A stretch of 64,000 nucleotides of DNA from a virus (taxonomy: Duplodnaviria; Caudoviricetes), in IMG/VR virus record IMGVR_UViG_3300035227_000232, positions 25,414-89,413 of that record, one strand, 5' to 3'. Both the position numbers and the translations under genes were made by a program. This document shows, one piece after another, positions 46,643 through 58,700 of the stretch. The notes beneath the pieces are model-generated. The model was not told where the DNA came from and did no database searches. It was given only the letters and a program-made list of their open reading frames with translations. The first letter of the stretch is position 1; every line of letters begins with the position of its first letter.

Positions 46643-49600
46643 ATGATTTTAAAAAGACAAATATCCTCTGCTAAGCATCATTTATCGAGAGAGCTTATCC
46701 GTAGAGGAGAGAATTTCAAAGACTCCGAGTTCATTGAATCATTCGGATTACTTCACCCTGCCGAAGCAAGTATGTTCTTCGCTGAGGTTCCTGAGGAAGT
46801 TGACGAAGGTATCACTGGGCAGAAAGATTCAGAAGGCGTAGATATAGAGAGAGCCATATCTATAACAGAACTTCGATGTATTGACTTGCTCTGCGAAGGA
46901 GAAGTGGAAGGACTCGTTACTTCAGAATATGTAGGGAGCGGGACGTCGGGGAATATTGGATATGATACAGTAAAAGAAAAAGTCTTTGCGGAGATCGGGA
47001 TAAAAGGAGAAGTGCTAGGGTCTGGCTTAAAATGGCTAAAATCTATCAAATGGAACGACGTTCCATTAATAAATGGATTAAACAAATTAAATTATCAACA
47101 AATCGATCTAACATTTTCGCCCGGAACTAATATAGGTGGCGTGTCAGACGGGCTTAGCACCCCATTAACAGTCAACAGGCCAGTTGGGGAAAGGCTCCGT
47201 GGCGGTGGGGATACTGGGGATGAATTTGCGAAAGTATATAGAATCGAAAACTCAAGATGCAAAGGTATCGGTGCTACTGTTAAAGTAAATCAATTAATGT
47301 ACACAGAAAAAGTAAACACTGATGATTATGGTGACATCAGAGATACTAGCGTAACGTACTACATATATTACCGCCCAATATGGAATATAGAAAATAAGGC
47401 TGAAGAAAACTATGTGTTAGGAGCATCTGAAACCGTGACAGGTAGAGCTTCTACGCCATATCTAAAGCAGTCAAACATCACCTTCGGGAACGTACCTAAT
47501 ATTAGCGAGGAGGGACACGTCGGTTGGGAGATAAAATTCGTTCGAGAAACAGCAGAGTCTCTTGATACTGGCCTCAGGAATCAAACTTTCGTCGATAGTT
47601 TCTTTGAGGTTTACGGAGATGTTTTTAAGTACCCCAATTCATGCTGTGTCCAAACAAGATTCAGTGCTGAATTCTTTTCGAGTATCCCTGATAGGAAATT
47701 TGACCTGAGGGGAACGCTGGTTAATATCCCCGCTGACTATAATCCCATTACCAAAAAATACGGTCAGACCTACGAAGGTATAGCGAATCCTTATTGGAAA
47801 GGGAACTTCAAGAACGAGAGAGTCTGGACTGATAATCCAGCTTGGTGCTTTTATGACATATTGACAAATAAAAGGTATGGCCTAGGCAAATACATAGAGT
47901 CACATTTTATAGATAAATGGACACTCTATGAGATCGCAAAATATTGCGACACAATGGTCCCGGATGGATATGGCGGACAGGAACCACGATTCACTTGTGA
48001 CATGGCGATACAGAGCAGGGATGAGGCTTATAAAGTCGTAAACGATATGGCTAGCATTTTTCGCGCTGTAACATATTTTTCTGGAGGGACTATCCATGCG
48101 AGTCAAGACTCCGAAAAAGATACGCTAGCAGTGTTTACAAACGCTAGCGTAGAAAACGGAAACTTTACCTATTCATCAAGCGCGAGAAAAGCCAGACACA
48201 CTGTAGCAATCGTCAAGTACAAGGATAAAAGAAATAATTACGAAAACGCTGTAGAGTATATAGAAGACGTAGATGGCATACGCAAATTCGGAATTAGAGA
48301 AATCGAAATGGCTGGGGTTGGAGTTACTTCCCGTGGTCAAGCACATAGATATGGTAAATGGGCTCTTTTGAGCGAACAATCGAACGTAGATACCGTAAAT
48401 TTTAGCACTGGTATAGAAGGTTCTACTCTGAGGCCGGGAGACATTATAGGGATATCTGACTCTAATAAATATACGAAAAGATATGGAGGAAGAACTATAT
48501 CGATACAACCGACTATGATTTCGTACCACGACTATGTAGTAGGTGGGACAGAAATAAAGTTCGATCAAAAATTAAACTTAACGCAGAATGGAACCTATAA
48601 GATCACCCTTCTGACGCCTACATATCAATATGACACCTCATTAGTAGATCAATCTACTGGAGCAGTAGATGATGTTGGGACCATCGACTCTCGTGATTAC
48701 TCAGATATTAGAAGATCACATCTCCAATCGTTCGAATTCGTAGAATCTGAGGTAAGTACTGGTTCAGATGGATTTAGCGTACTCACCAAGTACGAGGGTG
48801 GGCTTCTCAATACCACTGATTACGAAATACCTGATCATATGGTCTGGATGATCGAACCTACCGGGAGCACAGCATCGCTTCAAGGGGAGGCCAGCAAAAA
48901 GATAAAAGATTTTAAAGTCCTAAATATCTCAGAAAAAGAGCCTAATATATATAGCGTTTATGCATTAGAATATTTGAGGAGTAAATTCGCTGCAATTGAC
49001 GGAACAGCAGATTTCGATGATGATATAACATCCCCCCCCACTAATCCTCCCGCTGCTGTCCTTCTTTCTCTAGAGTTAATCTCCTCTAATACGAAAAAAA
49101 TAAAATACCAAATAATACCAGCTACTGATCAATCGAACGTCCTTTCTTATCTGGTTTATATTAAGTTCGGGTCCGATTGGAATGAATCGGATTTTGATTC
49201 TGAATACGGTGTCCCATCGAACCCCCCTCCTCCGACCGGAACTCCAATTGACCGTTACCTTGTGGGCTCTCATCCGAGAGATGATCTTGACGGAGAATAT
49301 ATTCCTCAAGAAAATGGTAAATATTATGTCAGGGTTTATTCTGGAAACAGAATAGGATCGCCGTCTACGTATGGGACAAACGCTGAAGACACTGAAGGAA
49401 ATTTCTACATCGAAGTTGCTGGAATTAATCCGATTCTCGATACAATGATCCATGCGTTAACTATAACAGGCGAAGATTTTTCAGCAGGAGATGCAACTGA
49501 TCTTGCTGGAACCAGAATAGAAGTTCAGCATGATTTAGCTGAACCTGTTTTCGTTTGGAAGGTCTCGATAAACGGCGAATCTCCAGCCGTTATATACGAC

Positions 49601-51091
49601 TATAAGATTACAATCAGAGAGCCTTCCAATAGTAATATACCCTCTTCGACAGTCCTTTACACTACCACATTAGAGGATAGACTCCCGCAGCAATTGTCTT
49701 GGGAATTCGAGCTACAGACTCATATTCGAGAATTGTCAACGTTAAGTAGGGACTATGACGTGACGGTAGAAGCGATAGATAGAAGCGGAGCAAGTTCTGC
49801 TGGTACATTCACACCCGGAGCTGGATACAGCAACACCAACGGGTATGATATCGTTAATGTGAAAAATCCAGACATAGGATATATACCACTTACCGAATAT
49901 GATTCCGTATCGGAGTGCGAAGATTCTGATGCTGTCTGGTGTTCTGATCAGTGGCTAACTCCTGATGGGGACGTTAAACTCCTATTCGGAAGAGGTCCAA
50001 ATTCTTTGAATGCTGCTATGGGGGTTTTATGGATATCTGCTGTTGAATCTGCAATAACTAATGCGACAGACGCCCAACTTCTGAGCGATTCTTACCTTAA
50101 TGCAAACTCTATACGGAGAGTAGACTTTTACAATAACAGTAATAATCCGATGGGTGTAGATATTTCCATGGTGAACTTCACTGATGATACGACAGCGTAT
50201 ATAAGTGTCGCGTTTGGAGATGGAGTAGATAAAGTATTGCTCGCTGAATCTTTAAATAGAGGGAGACCGGATATACATCCTGCTATAGGTCTAGTCAAAC
50301 ATCGATCCAACGTGGTGAAGGTAGTCTCTAGAGGTGATTTCGTAGCTAATTACGGAACTGGATTCTTCAGAAAATACATCTCTGGTTTTTGGGAAGGAGG
50401 CGTCGGCGGAGGAATCAAGATAACTCATAATTACGGAATAAATGCTATATATAGTACCGCCAAATATCCCCACAGGGATCACAATACAGAACCTAATGCT
50501 TACGAACCGAGAATGGATGGGAGGCATCCCACTACGCAGTTGGATGGGGGGAAGACTCATCAAACGGATTACATGTTTCTGAAAACTCCTTATGGAGTCA
50601 AATCCTCTTATTACAGTGGCCATCGGGCTACCTATCGAAAAACTGCACATTACGCTCACTGTTATCTGGTGACTTACGTATTTCAGTTTGACAGAGCAAT
50701 GCCGAATAACGAATACCACGTTGTTTTCATACCCGGATTGACCACATACGGAGATAACCTTGATAGGTCTCTATTTACAGAGATAGTAGAAGTAAAGGTA
50801 GGGGGGCTTTCGGCTGGTAACATTAAGCCAACAGAACTTACTGATGGACAAACTGGTGTGGGGACTTGGTCCTCAACTCGCGGTGCAGGGCAATATAGCA
50901 GTTTTCCAGTTGGAATGTATACTCGCCATTACCAACATGGTTATGTACCTTATTCAGGAGACATGAAGGGCAGAAAGGCTGTCATCTATAAGGCCCCAGA
51001 AGGTTTCGCTATAAAGATACAAACTAGCGATTATAACACGGGAAATTTCACTAACAGACCAATTTATATTGGTATCGTATCAGCGACTTAA
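46643..51091 (+). CDS. Central tail-tip/host-specificity protein, lambda gpJ-like
   Basis: IDLLCEGEVEGL, WTDNPAWCFYDILTNKRYGLG, LYEIAKYCD..VPDG.GG.EPRFTC, FTYSSS and GVTSRGQAHR.GKW. Confidence 0.95.
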   Translation: MILKRQISSAKHHLSRELIRRGENFKDSEFIESFGLLHPAEASMFFAEVPEEVDEGITGQKDSEGVDIERAISITELRCIDLLCEGEVEGLVTSEYVGSGTSGNIGYDTVKEKVFAEIGIKGEVLGSGLKWLKSIKWNDVPLINGLNKLNYQQIDLTFSPGTNIGGVSDGLSTPLTVNRPVGERLRGGGDTGDEFAKVYRIENSRCKGIGATVKVNQLMYTEKVNTDDYGDIRDTSVTYYIYYRPIWNIENKAEENYVLGASETVTGRASTPYLKQSNITFGNVPNISEEGHVGWEIKFVRETAESLDTGLRNQTFVDSFFEVYGDVFKYPNSCCVQTRFSAEFFSSIPDRKFDLRGTLVNIPADYNPITKKYGQTYEGIANPYWKGNFKNERVWTDNPAWCFYDILTNKRYGLGKYIESHFIDKWTLYEIAKYCDTMVPDGYGGQEPRFTCDMAIQSRDEAYKVVNDMASIFRAVTYFSGGTIHASQDSEKDTLAVFTNASVENGNFTYSSSARKARHTVAIVKYKDKRNNYENAVEYIEDVDGIRKFGIREIEMAGVGVTSRGQAHRYGKWALLSEQSNVDTVNFSTGIEGSTLRPGDIIGISDSNKYTKRYGGRTISIQPTMISYHDYVVGGTEIKFDQKLNLTQNGTYKITLLTPTYQYDTSLVDQSTGAVDDVGTIDSRDYSDIRRSHLQSFEFVESEVSTGSDGFSVLTKYEGGLLNTTDYEIPDHMVWMIEPTGSTASLQGEASKKIKDFKVLNISEKEPNIYSVYALEYLRSKFAAIDGTADFDDDITSPPTNPPAAVLLSLELISSNTKKIKYQIIPATDQSNVLSYLVYIKFGSDWNESDFDSEYGVPSNPPPPTGTPIDRYLVGSHPRDDLDGEYIPQENGKYYVRVYSGNRIGSPSTYGTNAEDTEGNFYIEVAGINPILDTMIHALTITGEDFSAGDATDLAGTRIEVQHDLAEPVFVWKVSINGESPAVIYDYKITIREPSNSNIPSSTVLYTTTLEDRLPQQLSWEFELQTHIRELSTLSRDYDVTVEAIDRSGASSAGTFTPGAGYSNTNGYDIVNVKNPDIGYIPLTEYDSVSECEDSDAVWCSDQWLTPDGDVKLLFGRGPNSLNAAMGVLWISAVESAITNATDAQLLSDSYLNANSIRRVDFYNNSNNPMGVDISMVNFTDDTTAYISVAFGDGVDKVLLAESLNRGRPDIHPAIGLVKHRSNVVKVVSRGDFVANYGTGFFRKYISGFWEGGVGGGIKITHNYGINAIYSTAKYPHRDHNTEPNAYEPRMDGRHPTTQLDGGKTHQTDYMFLKTPYGVKSSYYSGHRATYRKTAHYAHCYLVTYVFQFDRAMPNNEYHVVFIPGLTTYGDNLDRSLFTEIVEVKVGGLSAGNIKPTELTDGQTGVGTWSSTRGAGQYSSFPVGMYTRHYQHGYVPYSGDMKGRKAVIYKAPEGFAIKIQTSDYNTGNFTNRPIYIGIVSAT

Positions 51092-51093
51092 AA

Positions 51094-51864
51094 ATGGATA
51101 AAGTTTCTACAGTCTTTGTGCTTGGTGATGGGGATATGTTTTCTCTAAATAGTGCAGATGATGATGTTCTGAAAGAGAGCCTCAAATTCGAACTTCAAAT
51201 GAGGGAAAAAGACGAAGACGCCGTCATCAAGGCAATAAAAATGACAGCCAAGGAACATTCTACATTCTCTTGGGAATTAGATGAGAAACTAGAGCCAATA
51301 TACAAAGCATCCAATGAGACAGGTATTTCCGAAACGGTAGAAACCCCAATAGAAAGAATGAATTCCGTGGTATCTGAGATAAATGGAGCTAAAGAAGGAT
51401 TTTTCTCAATACTAGACATTGCCTTTCAAAAAGCCTTAGAAGAAGAAGACCCTCAATTACTAAGCAAAAAGAAAAAATCTGTCGTTGAAAAAAAACATTT
51501 TATAAGGAACTTACCTAAGACACTCGATGAGTGGCTTGGCATGTATAGTGAAAATAAGTTTCTCACCTTCGATTCTAGTACACCATACGGAAACATTTTT
51601 GATATAGAGATAACTAACAGGGGCTCGGGGTATCGTTCTGCTCCACATATAACAATCACCTCTCCTGAAAGTGAGAACGGGGAGGTAGCAAAAGCTCAAG
51701 CCTCGGTTCTCGATGGCGAGATCGACATAATTTCTATGATAAACTACGGTCAAGGGTACGTAGAAGTTCCCAATTTAACGATCTCCCCTCCTGAAGATGC
51801 AGATGGAGTCATAGCAGAAGCGAAAGTAACATCAATAACTAACCCAATCCAATTCGATATTTAA
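51094..51864 (+). CDS. Tail-associated protein with GSGY-type beta repeats
   Basis: IEITNRGSGYRSAPHITI and ISMINYGQGYVEVPNLTI. Confidence 0.65.
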   Translation: MDKVSTVFVLGDGDMFSLNSADDDVLKESLKFELQMREKDEDAVIKAIKMTAKEHSTFSWELDEKLEPIYKASNETGISETVETPIERMNSVVSEINGAKEGFFSILDIAFQKALEEEDPQLLSKKKKSVVEKKHFIRNLPKTLDEWLGMYSENKFLTFDSSTPYGNIFDIEITNRGSGYRSAPHITITSPESENGEVAKAQASVLDGEIDIISMINYGQGYVEVPNLTISPPEDADGVIAEAKVTSITNPIQFDI

Positions 51865-51878
51865 AACTAAGGAAAGTC

Positions 51879-52796
51879 ATGGCGAAAAACATAAATTATC
51901 TAGCTTCAATTCAAAAAGGATCAAGTAGGGTCGTAGGCGAATCCCAGAATGATTGGAAAACCATTAGACCCGGAAGCCTCTTAAGATTTAGAGAAGATTC
52001 AGTCCCTTACACTGTGTCTACCTCAAACGAATTCTTCTATATAAAGGACTTCGAAACGGAAGATGGGCTGAGCCTTGAAGTCGGGGAAGACGTTGGTATT
52101 AACCTAATGACTAACGATATCCTAACAATCACCTACAAGGAGTATAAGGCTATAAATGTATCCAATATAGTTGAAGCAGGGGAAGGTCACGCCGAAGGAG
52201 ACGAGCTGGTATGTCAAAGCGGAGAATTGTCTGTTGAGCCAAACAGCAATTTATCTTTACCTACAAGACTAAGAATAGACGAAGTATCTGAAGCAGGAGC
52301 TATTAAATCCGTAACTATTCTTGAACCGGGGAAATATCTCATATGTCCAGAAGAATCCATTTTTTACGGAGGAAAAGGAAATAAGGCCAAGATAGCTCTT
52401 ATCATTGAATTGGTAAACGAAAGGCTAACATCCGAAAGAGAAATATCCAAAACCTCTTTCAGTAACGGGAAATCGCATATTAAACTCAATTACAAACTCC
52501 CAGTTGGAGTCAAGAAAGGGAAGCTCTCTGTAAAAAAACGAGAACTTCTCCTCAACGCTCCTTATACGAATGACTCTAAAACCGAAAAAATCTGCAACAT
52601 AACGAGGGACTTCACTGAACACTCTAACTTCCCTGTCGTATCTCCTAGCAGCCAATCAGCGTTAATGAATCTCGAAGTGGCATACAATGACTTGGTCGTA
52701 AAACTCGACAAACAGATTTTTGAACTTGAAGACGAGATAAAAGAACTTAAGTATCAGGTAGGAAGGCTCGAGAAAGGAATGACTAACGAGAGTTAG
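51879..52796 (+). CDS. Tail-associated protein with degenerate GSGY-type repeats and a C-terminal coiled coil
   Basis: IVEAGEGHAEGD, VTILEPGKY and LDKQIFELEDEIKELKYQVGRLE. Confidence 0.6.
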   Translation: MAKNINYLASIQKGSSRVVGESQNDWKTIRPGSLLRFREDSVPYTVSTSNEFFYIKDFETEDGLSLEVGEDVGINLMTNDILTITYKEYKAINVSNIVEAGEGHAEGDELVCQSGELSVEPNSNLSLPTRLRIDEVSEAGAIKSVTILEPGKYLICPEESIFYGGKGNKAKIALIIELVNERLTSEREISKTSFSNGKSHIKLNYKLPVGVKKGKLSVKKRELLLNAPYTNDSKTEKICNITRDFTEHSNFPVVSPSSQSALMNLEVAYNDLVVKLDKQIFELEDEIKELKYQVGRLEKGMTNES

Positions 52797-55700
52797 CCTT
52801 GTCATCTAATAGACCGCCCGGACGCTTCTGCTCTGTGATCACTTTCAAAATCTCCATTTCCATCATTTGGCCCAACGCCTTGTTCTTGTCTTTATCCTTG
52901 CGGTCTTGATCTTTCTCGTCCCCGTCACCTTTACCCCCGCTCCCCTCTTGGCTGTCATTTTCACTTCTGCCACTTACTTCGCCATTCTTGTCTATGTTGA
53001 CAGTAATACTAATATTGTTAGCGATTTCTCTAGTTCCCTTACTCCCTCCAGAACTAGACCTATTCGGGGAGTCTTCTCCTGAGTCCTGCTCTATAGAATC
53101 CCTAACCCCATCGACAGAGTCGATTAGTTTTACTAAATTTTGGTTAACTACATCGAATGAATTTGATCCTCCTCCTGAATCTCCACCTGTTGACAAACTC
53201 GGCAATCCAGCCCCCACATAACCGCCTTCGGCGTATCCTTTCATATTGCCTAAGTTACTTAAATCCATGAAGCCTTGTATATCTCCTCTATTGAGACGGT
53301 CCAAAGCGTCGGCTCCAAGGTAACTAGTCGATTTCGGGCTGAATATAAACTCTCCTTTAGATACCCTTGCTAATATATTATCTAATCCGAAGTTTCTCAT
53401 ACCCCCACCGTTAGAGTACATTCCTGAATCTTTAACCATCCCTAAACCACCCATAAGAGAACTTGTTCCATCAACAGTCATAGCATTAGAACCTGTATCC
53501 ATCGTTTCCGAAGAGGAAAATGATCTGCTCATTTCCTGAAATTGTCCCGTAGGATTACTAACGATTCCTCCTAACGCTCTTCTAACTAAGCCACCTCGTG
53601 CTTGACGTCTAAAAGGATTCGTAAACAAGTCCATCCCCGGATTGCCCCAGAAATCAGCCCCGAATGGAGCCTTAGCACCTTTCCATAATGCCCCCGGAGT
53701 GTCCTTGATTCCTTTGCCAATCTTGGATGCACCGCCCCTCAAGCCTTCCCAAAAACCCTTCGCCTTCGTTGCCTGACGATTTGGGTTTCTGAATGCGGGG
53801 TTCAAATCATGAAGCTCCGATTCGATTTTGCTCAACCTAGCCCTATCCTTATAAACATTCTTAAATTCTTGTGGTACATTTTGGGCTCCCCACATATGCA
53901 GTTCATCAGGGGCTCCTGTAGTGTTGAGACCTTGCCTCTCTTTCTGTAATGCTAGCTGTTTCTGAAAACTCGGCTTAGCCATCATTTCAGACAAGTCCTT
54001 TTCAAATTCCAAAGCCTTTTTCGCGTCATCTTCCTTTTGCCACTTGCCCAAGAGCCCAGCACCGAGTCCGCTTATACCACCCGCTATTGCACCTTTCGTA
54101 CCGCCGAAAGCTCCACCAATCCCTGCGCTTACAAGCGTTTTTCCTCCGGTAGAATTAAGGAATTTACCTATAGCATTTGTATCTCCCCATTGGGCTGCAC
54201 CCGCACTAACGAGACTCATAGCAGCAGACATCCATCCAGACTTAATCATCTGCTTCTTCTTCTCTCTGAATGCCTTCATCTTCTCTGCATTTGCTTTTTC
54301 CCTTTCGTATTCGCTTTTGCGATGACTATAAAAAGCCTCTTCTCTCTCAAAACGTTCCTTGTTCTGCGGGTTACTTTGGTTCTCTTGTCCGAGAATTGAA
54401 AACATCGGGTCTATGTTTTTAATCATTTTCTCCGGCTGCTCAGGATTATCAAAATCAATTTGATTCCTTAAGACAGCAGATATCCCGCCCCCTCTCGAGT
54501 ATCCCTTTAATGAGTTGAGCTTTTCTAAATTGTCATATCCAATTCTCTTGGCTGAATCTGCCCGTATTACATATTCTCCTCCTGAACCGAACATCGGGAC
54601 ATCATCAGACCTTGGCCCAGTTCCTCCCGTAACTCTACCTCCGTTCGCATAACCCTTGACCAATCCGCCACTGGCGTGTCTCTGCCCCATCAAGTAAGAC
54701 ATAAAATTCTCTGATGAGAAGTCCAGCATTCTGGAAAAGATATTACTCGTAATATCCATAGCCAAATCCCTGAAAGCTTCTTTAGATGACTTGGTTCCGA
54801 ATGCAAATTCTTTGAATGCTTTTTTAAACCCATCTCTCATTCCAATAGCCGTAGAATCGATTAGGTCCTTAAGGTCCTGCATGTCATCTTTAGCATTCCT
54901 TATAAAATGAGAAGTAAATTGACCACCCATGTCACCCATTCCATAAGTTCCATCATTTACCTTCCCTTGATAATACTGTTTATTACCAGCGCGAGCAGTA
55001 CGACCGGATATCTCTCCTTTTGCAAGCTTCATGTCCAGAGCTACTTTCTTCATCTCGTTTGCCATTGCTGACATAGTAGCATTAACAGAGAGCCCATTCT
55101 TCGCTGCTTCTTTCGCCACCCGCGCAAATCTTTGCTGCACCTTAGTCCTGAATTCCGTAGCTGTTTTAAGGTTCTGCATTACATTGAAAGAACGATCCAT
55201 AGACCCTGCATATTTATCGTACTCTTGAGAAAGTTTACCCATATCAAGAGTGCCTTTAAACTTAGGCTGATCCAAATATTCGGCCATCTTATGAGGAGCT
55301 AGCTTATTTCCAAATTCATCTGTAAGCATTTCGTCCTTATTGAGGCCAGAAGCCGACGCTCTTTTATTCCACTGCGTATCATAGTCGGTCTCCAACTTCT
55401 TAAGAGCCTCGGGGGTCTGCGTCTTTAGGAAGGTCTCGTGCATATCACGCTGTTGCTGGAGTTTTAGTTTGTCATGCTTAAGTTTTTTTAATTCTTCACT
55501 GTCTTCTGGTCGTCCAGTTACGTATTCTTCGGTTTCTAATCTTGCTATAGTCTTGTCTAAAGAACCGATTGTTTTTTTGATCCCCTCTACCTTTTTCTGT
55601 ACTTCGGGCCGATCTTTTATGTTCTGTTTCATCTCATAGGAGTCCATTGCTATGTCTCCCGTAGCTTGGCCACCTATACCCCAATATCCTGCTCTTCTTC

Positions 55701-58700
55701 CCGCAGCGTCAACGTTCCTTTTCTCAGTCATTCCCGATCCATCGTCCAATCGCCTGAAGAATATTTCTCCCCTCATCATCTGAGCAGCTTCTTTTCTTTC
55801 TTGATCCACCATCGCTTTTTTCTTCTCGGGGGATAACGGGACGTACTTGCCGGAATCATGCTGAACAAGCTCTCTCTTTATTATTGATTGCAAACCGTGA
55901 TCCTTTTGGGCGGAGGTCATTGTCAGTCCTTCTCCCTTCATGAAATCGGACAGATCAAGACCTGACGCCTCAAATTTATCAGCTAACCCATGGGATACAG
56001 CCTTATTCATTTGATTCGTATAGTCACCAATCATAGGCTGTTGACTTCGTTGATTAATGAATGAATCACCCAGACTAGTCATGCCCTTCCACTGACTATT
56101 CTCTAATCGATAATTTTCTATCTCTCTCCTAGTGGGTTTTCCGAATCCTTCCGTTCCCCATTTGTCCTGCAATGCATCTTTTGCTTCATCTTGGGAAGGT
56201 CGCTCGTATCTTCCGTAGATATCGCCAAGAAGATTTCTCATCCCCTCCTTTCTTCGGGTTCGAGCTTCTTTGACTCTTTTAGAGTAATCTGTTACTTCCC
56301 CCGGACGGGCACGTTCTGTCGCAATGCCCAACTGTAAATGACCCTTCCTCTGCTGAATCAGTGCTTGCTCTGTCAGTAATTTTCTTTGCTGCAAGTCTAA
56401 TGGTCCGGTCATTGCCGAATTGCCCCCAGCAGCAATCCTTTTTACCCTTATCCCCTCTAATTCTTTACCAATCTTTTCTAACCTTTCCGAAAACTCACGG
56501 TACTTTTTCTCCATCTTACTAAGGCTCGTGGGAAGCTCACCTAACGAATCTTCTATGGGTTTGACCCAAGAGGGCTGTGTCGGTACGACTTGATTCGCTG
56601 GATCAAGTTTTTTGGGAACTGCTTTTGATGCTTGGGTAAGCCATAGAGTTTTAAACTCCGATAGACTCAAGTTCATTTTAGCAGCAGCCCTTACAATACT
56701 CTGCAAATCAGTAGCTTTGTTTCCTTCTTGAGTTGCCCATTTTGTTTGGCCCGCCGTCTGCCACTTGGTCTGCTGAACCCTTAGCTCTGCAATAACATCC
56801 TCAGCACCAGTATTGGTATTCTTGGCTATAGCATCTTCTAAAGCTTTCAGAGCATTTCCGGGTCGCAGCTTGTAGGTATCTGAGGGGTAAGCCTTGTCCT
56901 CTAGTCCCTTTACGAATGCATCCACGCCATCCTTAAAATCCTTTATCACTTTAGGCGTTATTTGTTCAGTTTGCCAAGGGGTCTTTCCTTCACCGCCATA
57001 GCCCATAGTGCTCCTCTGCCTAGCATTGGTGGGGGACATGAAGTAGCCTGTAGGTAAGTCCGTTGCGGGAGCATACGACCCTCGAGCTTGGCGTTGAGTC
57101 CAAGGGTTAGTATTACTGTCAGGATATTGGTTGGCGTAGCCACCTTGTGCAGAGTAAAGCACATCACCTGAATTCAATGCCTCCAAGAAAGCCCTATTTT
57201 TCTTCGTGGTCTTTGCGTTTACAATAAATTCTCCGGGGGTAAGCATAGCTGGAACGACGTCTGTTCCTCTTGCTGTTAAACCCATCGACTCGAGAATACC
57301 TCCGCTGTGTCGTACTACGGGAGGAGTAATTGGGGCGGTATTCGGATATGTAGTTTGTACTGGTCCCAAGCCGACAGTTCTCGGCAGCATTCTTTGCCCA
57401 TATTGATTTGCGAAATCATTGATGCTTTGGATAAGGTTCGTTTCCGCTGTCATTCTATCCGCGTTTATAGTCCTTAAATCACTAACGGACTGATTATATT
57501 CATCGACAAGTCCTTGGTATCCGCCAGAAGTAAACATCTCATTAACAAAAGCATCTATAGTCTCAGCACCATGCATAATTCTACCCATGAACGCTCCCTC
57601 TTCCACAGAACTCAGGGCCAAATCTTCGAAATCTTCTCCACTGTCAATATATTTGTCCTTCTGTTTCGCAGCAAATTTTTGCATCGCATCTTGAACATTC
57701 ATGCCCTTGTAAGGCATGTCGGTCTTGCCGTCTGTTGTTACTGAGTAGTTACTTAACCACTCCTCTATCTCACTTAGACGTTCCGCATATAATTCTTGGA
57801 TGTCGGTCATTGATGTCGGCACGCCACCCACACTTGCTGCTTGCGCGTCAACTACTCGCGCTCCTCCTAATGTGCTCGTTACAAATTCTTGCTGAGTCTT
57901 TCCTGAGCCAGCGCGTCCACTATGAGGTGCGCCCATCGCTAGGTTCCTGAAAGCAGACATCATTGAATTGCTTTCCTGAAGAAGCTTTAATCTAGATGAA
58001 TCTGCTTTAGTTGATTGAGCCTGAGTATCCACTTGAAAGTCTAAAACTTTCTTTTGGTCCACTTGCATGGTAAACAACTTGGCTTGCTGCTCAATAAGGG
58101 ATAGGATTGTCCCCCTCCCGCCTCCTGTAATATTAGTTGCTCCTGTACCGAAAACATTTTCTGTAGCCGTCCGAAATTGCGTTTGCATCTTGTCCATCGT
58201 AGTCACATTCTCGGATACGATAGTCTCTTGAAGTTTCAAAATTTGCGACCTTACCTCCTCTAACTTTGCGGGGACAGCATCTTTCAATGAAGCTTGAACT
58301 TGATTCGTCGCAGCCTCGATTGTCCCTTCGCTGCCCATATCCTTCATCCATCCGGGTAACTCAGTCCCCGTCTGTATCTCATATTCTCGGGCTGTCTGAG
58401 CCATCTGACTGGCTCTTCCAGCGATTGCATCACCCATTAAATTTTTCGGAATATTTTCAGCCCCAAAGAAATTCTTAAACATATCCGCACCTTTAAATGA
58501 TGCTATACCTTCTGATATCGTTGGACTGATGCTTCTCGGTGCTCTCTGAGTTTCTGCCGTTAAGCTATCGATAGCCAGAAGACCAGAGTGTGTTCCCTTC
58601 GTATATGACTGAATTCCACCTTGGTAACTTAACGTTTTTTGGATTCTTATTAATTCTTGAGCATATTGACCCTGAAGTTCATTAAGTTTAAGTTGTTGGC

